From Paraspadella gotoi (Eukaryota; Animalia; Chaetognatha): a DNA stretch of 64,000 nucleotides. Below the pieces are notes generated by a model. The model saw nothing but the letters and a program-made list of their open reading frames with translations, ran no database searches and was not told the origin of the DNA. The stretch is from NCBI GenBank assembly GCA_051294375.1, contig CM119268.1:13287989-13351988 (forward strand), given 5' to 3'. Made by a program: the position numbers and the translations under genes. Of the stretch, positions 53,731-64,000 are shown piece after piece. How positions within the stretch are numbered: the first letter of the stretch is position 1; every line of letters begins with the position of its first letter.

Positions 53731-55331
53731 GTACATCGACGTCCGCTTCGGGGCTTCGCAAGGCTGCGGCGACCGCGTACTAACCGGGGCATAATGATTG
53801 ATCACTGGCGTAGAATGATTGGGATATGAATTTTTTTTTTCTCACGCGCATGATTCGCGAGACGTTCTCTTTTTCTTTTTCTTTTTCTTTTTCTTTTTTT
53901 TTTGACGTAGGGTTTTTTTTAAAAAGTTTATTCGTCATAATTCGGTTGCACTCTAATTTTATTCAATGAATGATAAGAAAAAGAGACGCGTCTCACATTG
54001 AAATTCCGGGATTCTGTTTTGTCTTGTCGCAAAACCCCCAATCCTAACAAACATTATTCCCCCCCCCTTTTCCCTCGTATGCGTAATATGCATTACATAT
54101 ATCTGAATATAATTATTTCGACGCTTTCGTACATTTTTTTTTTAAATTTCACTATAACCGCGGACACCGCTTGCGATAACGTGTTCGGAATCTCAGTTGT
54201 GATAGATGTTAATCGTAATTTAAACTCACCGAAACCTTGCTTCTTCGAAGATCGATATTACCGATACTTGTATATGACTATATATTCTTATTTGAAAACT
54301 ACTATAACAGCTTCCCACATTACAGTGAATATCTATTGTAACCTCGGAGCTTCGGTTTTTATTTTTCTTTGAGCGCTTCAACGTTTTAACGCTTTTCCTG
54401 CCCGCTTTTACGTCGCTCTAATTCAGTTTCACTGTACAGCCTGTGATTTTTTTTTTGTTGGATGAATTAGAATAGAAATGCGGTTTATTGAAAAAGACGT
54501 AGAAAACGTTTACAATCGTTTACAATCGCCTCCTTCAAAAGCTGCATCACTGTATATTAACTTTGGAATGTAGATTGTCATTAAATATTCAAGCATATGG
54601 AAGAACCAATAACAAAACCGTATCTTGTACATACATTCGGCTTCAAGTTTTGTGTTGCTTTTTTTAAAAAAAAAAATCTTTGGTGGCAGTTAGTGGGTTA
54701 GATACTTATAAACGGAAACTAATATCGCGATTCTGATCGCTACCCGTGATCAAAGAGAAATCAAAAGGGAGTAGCATAGATTTAGATTAGTGGTTGCACC
54801 TTTTAATCAATCTTCATCAGGGAAAGAAAAATCTTCAAACACGTTAAATTTTAATGAAAGCTTTCCCGCAGGAAAAGTGTCCGGACGAAGAAATGAAATT
54901 CCGTTTTAAACCAAAAAAGTTAAACGATGAATCTTATGACTAGGCAATAGAAAGAGACTTCTGGTATATTAACAACGACAACGACCCATTACAAACTAAC
55001 TTTACTTGCCTAAAATATATTAAAAATGGTTCCTGAAACAAAATGAGGAAAAAAAGTAAAAAATGAAAGAATAGTAAGAAATTGCAGTTGAAAGAAAAAC
55101 CATTTATCCCTGAGTAGATCACAATCAAGGGCGAGTCCAAAGAATTTCCGGTGACGGTATTTGCAATAAAAAAACAACTATTTTTTTGGGATTCTGTTTC
55201 TCCTGTCTTCGGTTCCACCCCACTTTCTCCTTCCTGATCTAAAATTAATTTCCTTTTCACATATAATTCCCTCTTTCCCTCCACCTCCTCCTCCTCCTCC
55301 TCCTCTTTAACCAATCCGTCCATCCCATCAG

Positions 55332-57468
55332 CCTCCACCCATCCCCCTTCATCCGCCCCCAACCATCTCGTCCACCACCTTCCCCCGTTCCGCCCCACCT
55401 TCCCCTCGATTCGGCAACCGGCCACCGCCACCATCGCCCTCTAACGGTCGAGACGGGCGAGGTCAACGCCTCTTCCTCTTCCTCCTCCCGATTTTTTGAG
55501 ACGAAAACCGGAAACGAAAATCAGATGTTACTGACGACGACGACGAAGACGACACCTTCCGAATCTGCCGTCGACGCCTCCGCGACCGATGAAGGATGGC
55601 GTCGCATTCCGATCGCCACCGACGCCGCTGAAAACGTCTCTCGTTCGGTGTCGTCGGCGCCAATGTCGGGCGTCGCCGAAATGACTCGCCTCGTAGAAGA
55701 ATCTCCACCAGCGCCGATTCCAACTTCTCCCGGCGTCGTCAAACCACCGATCGCCGCAAAACCCGATCCGGCGCTTTTCGCCCACAAAATGAGCGCCACT
55801 GGCGCCGGCGAAACCCTAGTAGTTCAGCCGGCGTCAGCTCAGCCGTTGCCGATTCAACCGGCGCCAGTAAAATTCTTTTCAACCCTAAACGATTCCATGG
55901 CGCGAATGGAGGAACAACTCCCGCGCAATCAGCGTCTGACGTCTTCGTTCCGAAAGTCGTCGTCGTCGTTGTCCACGACGCCGCATCTCGTCAGTCTCGC
56001 GGGCCGAGGGGCGCCGATGTCGCCGCGATTCCGACGCGCCAGTTCCAGCGAATCGCGTGACGACGTCTTCGCCGATTTTGGTTTGCGGCGCGCGTCCGTC
56101 AGACCGGCGCCGCATCATCTTCCACCAGCGCCGTTGCCTCGACGTCGTTCCAACGCGCCGATGCCGGCGCCGCGAGCGACGAGAACGGCGACTTCGCCGA
56201 TTGGTCAAACGCCGCCGCCGCCGCCGCCACCGCCGCCCGCGGCACATTATAAATCGGCGCCTGATGTTTCCGAAGAGACTCACTTTCAAGTCATAGGAGA
56301 ACCTTCGACTTCCACATCCAGTGTCTCCGTCAAATCGATGACGAACACATCGACGCTCGATCGGACCGCCTCCGCCGCCGCCGCCACCGCCGCCTCCGCC
56401 GCCGCCTCCATTGATACGCTCCCGCAAAGAGCGACCTTCGTCGCCAATCCCGTCTACGCGCGTCAAACGTCGCGAGACGAAGAGCGAGAGCAGCAGATGG
56501 AGCGGCAGCAGCAGCGGGCGACGCTGCAGAATCAACACGGTGTTCCTGGAGAACAACAGTCAGTGTTTGTGCAGCAGTCCCATTTTCAGCAGCAGCAGCC
56601 GCCGCATTTACAACAGCAGCAGCCGACCTTGCATCAGCAGTCGCCGACGGAAGTGACGCCAACTTCGGCGCCAGACAACGTCGGTCCCAAACAACTGTTC
56701 AATCAACTCGACCTGGAAATTAAAAAGTACAAGCAGCTGCAGCAGCAGATCCATAATTTTCTGCAGAGCGACATTTCGTCGACTGCTCAGCAGAACCAGC
56801 AGCGGAGTGAGCTGGAGACGACGTCGGCCAGCAGCTCGAAGGAGGGATTTCTCTCGACCGCGACGCAGATGCAAACTTCGTCGACGCAGATGCGATCTTC
56901 GCCGACGCAGATGCGTTCGTCGGTGCAGTTTGAGTCGAGGAAGGTTCGTCAGGTGTCTCCCTCGCCCGACGCTCGATCATCGTCGCCGACAACAAGGTTG
57001 ACGCACGATTCATCAAAATCCATCTACTCCACCTCGTCCGCGTTCCCTCCAACGCAGCAGCAACAGCATTATTCGCAGCAGCAATTTCATCAGCAGCCGC
57101 CGCAGAACGTGATCCATTTGAGTCCGCAGCCGCCAGTGACGCCGACGACGCCGTTGAGTCCTCCGGAGACCAGGTCATCTAGTCAATGGGCTTCTAGATC
57201 CTCGGGTCAAACCTGGGGTCAGTCAGTCAGTCAGCCTTTGGGACAACCACCTCCGAGCATCACAGTCAGCCCTCCGTCGGCGCAAGCCTCTCACGCCATC
57301 TATGGCGGCCTCACGGGCGCCTTCGACGGGAGGAAAGCGAGCTATGACGTCGGCGGCGTTGTCAATGGCGACCGGTTCAGTCGCGTCTCCACCGTACGTC
57401 GAACGACGCCGTCTCCTCCGCCTAAAGTATTGCAGCAGGCGATGATCGACGCTTTGACCAAGGAGTGA
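55332..57468 (+). CDS. Large terminal exon; Pro/Ser/Gln-rich disordered region with a short coiled coil
   Basis: 647-aa ORF 55525-57468. The frame stays open upstream to a possible CATCAG acceptor at 55331. GC-rich codon usage like the other exons. Coiled-coil-like QLFNQLDLEIKKYKQLQQQIHNFLQ. The 5' boundary is uncertain. Confidence 0.85.
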
Positions 57469-58130
57469 AATTAATGGACCCAATCATTTGCATCGAAAAC
57501 TTGAATATGCAAATTAGTTTTTAAAACGTCACACGAGCTGCGAAGAAAAAAAAGGAGGAAACCAGGAAAGGCCGCTAATTCTTGTGGTCGATCGGGGGTT
57601 TTTTTTAGTCTTGTTTTCGCTTTGTTTTAAATTAGTAAATAAAAAAACGAGGAAAGAGGATTTGGTGGAGCTTGTAGCGTACATATAAATATATAAGTCA
57701 CGGTATACGCGTGTACTTCTTTTGGTTCACACGGTTTAATTGTTTGTAATTATACTGTAAAGAGACTAATCGCTATTTTTCTGGGCGGAATAACATTGTT
57801 TTTAGGTTCCGCTATTCACGTCAACTAAATATTTTTTTAAATGAAATATTTAACATAACGCTTTTTGGTATTAGGCTTTTACGCTAATACTCTTATCATC
57901 TGCCCATTTTACAATTTACTAAATAAACATACGGGGACGTTTACTATTTCGTTTTATTGTATTGCTTTTTTTTTTCGCCTTAAAACCTTTCTGGAAATGG
58001 CTATTGATAAAAAAACAGCTATCATTTACGACGGGTTCAATAAATAAATAGATCGTACTTATCACTTGGGTTTCGTGTTATCACATTTTATGCAATTCGT
58101 TACCATGTTTGTATAAAATAATAAATACAA
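57469..58130 (+). promoter_or_regulatory. Probable 3' UTR with AATAAA polyadenylation signals
   Basis: AT-rich sequence after the TGA at 57468 with AATAAA near 57638, 58039 and 58120. Confidence 0.4.
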
Positions 58131-58398
58131 AATAGGATCATCAAAGCTTTTGAATCTTTCTAGAGATAAATTTTATAGAAAAATCAAGAATAAGGAAAAA
58201 ATTTGAGGTTTGAAATTTTGACTTGTAAAACGACAACGACAGCGATGAGGATTCCGACGATCAACGGCGACAAAAGAGGTGATGATATCACGTGACTTTT
58301 GGAGTAGGTCACGCATCCTCGTTAAAAAGATTTGCTTACTTATCGTCCGTAAACCGCAAACTTGTAAATAAGAATTTGCGGCCGCGTTATCGCATGTG

Positions 58399-58490
<92 letters not shown>

Positions 58491-59369
58491 GCTCTGTGTG
58501 TGTTTCTTTTCCGTGCCTTATCTCTGAAAATTGAGTTTTAAGTCGGATCACGAGGCCGAGATAGCGTTGTTGAATTCGGTGAGATAACGATCTCTTAAAC
58601 TTTCACCTCGAAAAAAAACGAAATAAAAAGAAAAACTGCTTTCTTCTTGGATTTACTTCTTCGTGTTTGTTTTTCTTTCGTTCACAACATTTTCGTGCTG
58701 TTGGTATTGCATTCCCGCTTTTCGTCGGCAGGTTTGTCAGTTATAAACAAAAATGCCAGTTTTCACCGATGTTCTCGGTCTTGTTTTGGTTTCGTTTTCA
58801 TCGCTCGTTATCCACGACCTTGAAACGGGCCACCCTCTCTTCATTTTACCGTCCCGGTCCACAACCCTACGACTCTTTCGAGNNNNNNNNNNAAAGAGTT
58901 GAAAAAAGGGAACTAATTATCACGGTGGGGCTTTCGCCCTATCATCTATCGACGGATCAATCCATTGCTTCGATTCTTTCACAGCGGTCAATAATATTGC
59001 AATAAAGATTTCTCTCAAAGTTGATTTTGTCGCCCTTACTGCAGTGGTTTTTCTTTTTATTGTTTTCGTTGTTATCAATGGCATCCTGTCCTCCTAAAAA
59101 AGAGACGACGCCAATTGCTTCTTTTGAAGATTTCTTTTTCCACCCGACGTGCGGGATAGGCCTTTTAAAAAATCCATTAAAACGTAGAAATAAATATTGG
59201 TCGGTACTAATCGTTGTCCTTGGACGAGGCTTTGGTGCCGACAAACGGACCCACGCCGCCCCACCTTATGTTTTTTTTCTCTTTCGAAGACAATTGTTTT
59301 GACTAAATCCCTTTTGCCTCGTCACCCGACACGGCGTCAGTGCGACACACCCAAAAGAGGGGGGGGAAT

Positions 59370-59471
59370 CGTTCGTTCGTTCGTTCGTTCGTTCGTTCGT
59401 TCGTTCGTTCGTTCGTTCGTTCGTTTGTTCGTTTGTTCGTTTGTTCGTTTGTTCGTTTGTTCGTTCGTTCG
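59370..59471. repeat. (GTTC)n/(GTTT)n microsatellite
   Basis: Direct reading. Confidence 0.9.
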
Positions 59472-59595
59472 TTTTCTTGTTAGAAGTAGTATATTACTAA
59501 TTTAGGCATCGGATAACAGCGAAGGATGTATTAATATAGAATAATACATGTAAACAATTGTTTAAAAAAAAAAAATTACCAGTCGCAGAATTATT

Positions 59596-59666
59596 CGGTT
59601 GACCAATCACAGAATGACTCTGTTGACCAATGAGAGACTGAATCGGTTGACCAATGAGAGACTGAC
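59596..59666. repeat. 24-bp tandem repeat x3 containing GTTGACCAAT
   Basis: CCAAT at 59603, 59627 and 59651, with exact 24-bp spacing. Confidence 0.85.
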
Positions 59667-60897
59667 CTTGTAAATCAATCGAAGTTTTCATCGTCAATCT
59701 CCTTTTCGTTTCGAATCTGGCGGCTGCTGGTCTGTCGTCGGTCAGTCACCTTTATTGCAGGTCGTAAATCAATGTCTCCCTCTCTCTCTCTCTCTCTCCC
59801 CCTCTCCTGTCTCTTCTCCTCTCTCTCTTCTCTCTCTCTCTTCTCTCTCTCGTCTCTCTCTCTCTCGTCACTTTATCTTTAAGTGTACTGTAAGATGTAA
59901 GTATATAAGTACTTAATTCTCTAAGCTTGAATATAAAGCTTTGATACTTATTTAGACATCGAATTGAGCTGATGGAATCAGATGCGGCGGCGGCGGCGGC
60001 TGCAGCGGCTGCTGCGGCGGCGGCTGAGAATACAAGGTCAACGGCCGCTCGTAAAAATCCAGTTTCGTCGGAACAGTTTCAATTCAGCACACCATGACAT
60101 CTCAGAGAATTGGTAAATAAGGGGTTACGGGTTTTCTCCGTAAAATTCAGCCTGTTAGATATGAGGTATCGTATTTAATGAAAACTCAGCTACTGACGTA
60201 GTGATCAAGGTCGCTGGGTTGAAATCCGGAAATGACCATACTATGAATACNNNNNNNNNNNNNNNNNNNNNNNNNNNNNNNNNNNNNNNNNNNNNNNNNN
60301 NNNNNNNNNNNNNNNNNNNNNNNNNNNNNNNNNNNNNNNNNNNNNNNNNNNNNNNNNNNNNNNNNNNNNNNNNNNNNNNNNNNNNNNNNNNNNNNNNNNN
60401 NNNNNNNNNNNNNNNNNNNNNNNNNNNNNNNNNNNNNNNNNNNNNNNNNNNNNNNNNNNNNNNNNNNNNNNNNNNNNNNNNNNNNNNNNNNNNNNNNNNN
60501 NNNNNNNNAGACGTCGTCGTCGCCTCTTCCCCCCTTCTCGCCGAGACGCGGATATCACACAGTTATGGTGCCGAACTCATGGGGAAATACCGGTTATGAC
60601 CCTCACGTGAGAGACGGCGATACGGGGTCGGTGAGACGGAGACGGCGTTGGAGGGGGGGATGGGTGAAAAGAGTGAAAGGCCGAGTGAGAGATTGAGAGA
60701 GACAGAGAGAGAGACACACAGAGAAAAGTAAATATGGTTTTGGAGTCGCATGACTTTCTCTTCTCTCTGACGCCGACGATGACGACGACGACGAAAAAAA
60801 AAATCACTTTTCAACTGCGAGTCTGAATTAGAGGTACAGAGCTTCTGGCGTCACAGACCAATTTGAATATTGAAATAATAGAAATACCGATTAATAA

Positions 60898-60977
<80 letters not shown>

Positions 60978-63383
60978 AAAAAAAACACAAGAAAAAAGGA
61001 GGAAAAGAAAACATTAAAATGAATATATGTAGTTATAAATAAAAAAATTAATATAAATTAACATAAAAATGAATAAAAAAAATAGTAAATTAGCAAAAAT
61101 GTCATTTAAGATAAAAAACTTACTTCACCTAAACTTGTTTATCTTCATAGGGAAATTGAAATCTCAGTTAAAAAACTATTTCATTATTACTAGTAAGGCA
61201 ACTTTCCCTTGATCACCTCTTTTTACTTACCTTTATGCTGGTCAGTCATCCCGATCAAATCAGCCTCTCACGGCTTAACCTTAGTCTCTGCCATACAAAG
61301 CGATGGGACCGAGGCGACCTGGCGGTTCACCTGTCGGGTCATTTTCTTGTAAATTTTATCATCTATAATTATAATTTCAATCAATGAAATGTCACTAAAA
61401 ATTACGACGATATACTCATATTAAACCACTGATCACGTGACCCGATCCTCGTGAACATTCGAACCCCGATCACCGACGGAGAGCATCGTAAAAAAGTGAA
61501 AATAAATCCGAAGAGAAATTCCGTTCGGCCGACTCTGTTNNNNNNNNNNNNNNNNNNNNNNNNNNNNNNNNNNNNNNNNNNNNNNNNNNNNNNNNNNNNN
61601 NNNNNNNNNNNNNNNNNNNNNNNNNNNNNNNNNNNNNNNNNNNNNNNNNNNNNNNNNNNNNNNNNNNNNNNNNNNNNNNNNNNNNNNNNNNNNNNNNNNN
61701 NNNNNNNNNNNNNNNNNNNNNNNNNNNNNNNNNNNNNNNNNNNNNNNNNNNNNNNNNNNNNNNNNNNNNNNNNNNNNNNNNNNNNNNNNNNNNNNNNNNN
61801 NGACGACGACGACGGAAATCGTAAAAGTTTTTGGCGAGACATTAACGCTTTTACGACGTCATTCCACGCGGGAGCGAAACGCGAAGACGCGGACGAACTG
61901 GGTAAAGTTGGGGGGGGGGCGGTTAGTTGGGAGAGAGAGGGGTTTATTTCGGCATTGTAAAATTCATACGATACGATACGCAGCTGCTTTGGGTAAGTTA
62001 TTCGTGAAATGGTTTACGGGGTTGCAGGAGAGTTATGGGATGTATCATCTTTCAGTTTTTTTGTTGTGATTGTCCTAATTTTTTACATGGTTTCAGCTTA
62101 TGAGCGTATTCACGGAGGCGATGTTTTAATATCGTGAGGGATTTCAAGTTATTGAAGCCGTTTCCCGATGTACAAATGATTAAAAAAATAACTCTAAAAC
62201 TCGTAAAAAAAATCGATCTCGGACGGTCCACGATTAACGTCCGCATTCCGTAATCTGTCTTTCTTCAAAGTCGCGGTTGTACTACCTTCGCTTTCTGTAA
62301 ATTCAAAAAAAAAAGCGTTTCTGCCGCGTCGCTATAAAAAGTTGAAAGGTGTTCGCCAAAAAAGCAGAAATTCAAAAGGAGAGCCAGAGATTAAAACTGC
62401 GAACTTTGGAGCCATTATTTTCGGTTGGGGAAACGAAGTGAACAACAACTGTAAACTGAGATTTGGTTCGATTCGAAAAAAACANNNNNNNNNNNNNNNN
62501 NNNNNNNNNNNNNNNNNNNNNNNNNNNNNNNNNNNNNNNNNNNNNNNNNNNNNNNNNNNNNNNNNNNNNNNNNNNNNNNNNNNNNNNNNNNNNNNNNNNN
62601 NNNNNNNNNNNNNNNNNNNNNNNNNNNNNNNNNNNNNNNNNNNNNNNNNNNNNNNNNNNNNNNNNNNNNNNNNNNNNNGAAATCGAGACTTTTGTGAGAG
62701 TTGAAATGAAATTAAAAAGTGACATGAAAATTGAAATATTTATCGAATTACTGTGCGAAGTAAAAGTATGGCGTGGATGGAGGTTTAGATTTAGATTTAT
62801 ATTTTCTCTCGCTTAGAATCCGTTAGCGAACCTTCTTCACGGTGGCATAAGAATACGGCATTCCATTTATTCTTTATCACCGCATAATTTATTTTCCCAA
62901 GCGTCAAACGATGTATTAAACTTTTGTTAGACGTAAGAAAACTTTTTTTGGTGAACGCTCGTTAACAGTCACCATTGGCCACTAAATATCACAACCTACG
63001 TGCGATAATTCGAGGTATTTGAAAGTCTGCAAGATATCAAATACTGTGGTTGAACTACATTAATGGCAATCTAAATATCAGCCGCTGCAGCAGCGTTCGC
63101 AGCCGCCACCGGGTTTAAGTGTAAATCGTAGACGCAGCGTCGACGCGACGCCGCGCGGAATTTGCAGCGCGGGAAATTGTAATCTCAAGTAATCCATCGA
63201 CAGAACATGTAAACTAAAATTCGTTCTTCCATTGTTACCAACTAGACAAAAAGAAGGAGCTGAACAGTAAATTAAGCGAGATAAAAAGGTAAAGGAATTT
63301 CATTCCTCGGACTTTTTATTATGTTGGGATAGAAATCTGTTTCTTCTGGCGATAGAAAACGAGGTATATACAAGACAGATGCG

Positions 63384-63488
<105 letters not shown>

Positions 63489-64000
63489 CTCCCTTTTCTT
63501 CTCACACATTTGACCCAGAAGTCTTTGCAAAAAAAAAATGACCATGTAGTCTCAACATCCTAAATAAGGCTCCCTTAAAAAGTTGACAAAGTAAATAATA
63601 AACAATAACCTCTGAACAATAAATATTTCATCTTATTAGATCTCTGTTCTAAAATAGCGCGACACTGATTCTCTAACCCCATATTTATCGGCCTCTCAAA
63701 ACGGCCCCGTTTGGCCTCATGGCGTCAAAAAATGAGACCCAAAATGAACCTTTTTCTTTCTCTTTCTTCTTCTCATCCATCGGATTTCAGAATTTCCTTT
63801 CAAACTTCGACTTCCGTTAGATGCTTAGCGTCAGGAAGTACAAAGGGCCTCGGGATATATTTCATCTTCAATGAAAACAAAAAAGGAGAAAAAAAAAGAA
63901 GAAAAAAAACTGTTTTCTGTTTATTTCTCTTTTATTACTTTTTTTTTTGCTTCTCATTTATTTTGTTGTCGTTTTGTTCTTTTCTTTTCTTTTTTTTTTT

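Noticed and set aside
55885-57178. Long minus-strand ORFs opposite the GC-rich exons (also 28543-29010, 30643-31497)
   Set aside because: Antisense shadows of GC-rich low-complexity coding sequence; splice signals support the + strand.
21113-57468. Assigning a gene name (e.g. KANK-, sorbin- or piccolo-like scaffold)
   Set aside because: No ankyrin, SH3, PDZ, LIM or other recognisable folded domain is visible; short motifs alone do not justify a symbol.
59940-61345. Minus-strand exon candidates (poly-Ala/Pro segment ~59950-60080; GTAAGT donor at ~61230)
   Set aside because: Nearby in-frame stops and intervening N gaps prevent a consistent model.

Overview
Eukaryotic, intron-rich, AT-rich draft-assembly DNA, most plausibly from an invertebrate animal. 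It has dense (GA)n/(TTTC)n/(GAC)n microsatellites and several N gaps. I found no prokaryotic operon, CRISPR array, tRNA, rRNA or transposase. The main content is a long + strand spliced locus (about 21.1-57.5 kb, possibly two transcription units). Over most of its length the exons can be chained by splice sites and reading phase into a low-complexity, coiled-coil or disordered protein with no family I can recognise. It shows probable alternative first exons (30940 and 40535, the latter starting MGGRGS) and alternative terminal exons. It also carries several short linear motifs: LC8-type QT motifs, PxPxPR, NPxY, RVxF and a CxxHx repeat. About a quarter of the window is duplicated sequence: two large inverted duplications, one 5.5-kb direct duplication and smaller ones. 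The indel-riddled copies sit next to gaps of exactly 25 N, which points to long-read gap-filling or haplotype artefacts rather than biology. A 665-bp MITE with an 8-bp target-site duplication is present in only one arm of the first inverted duplication. I found no convincing novel biological system. All exon models are read by eye and need RNA-seq support.
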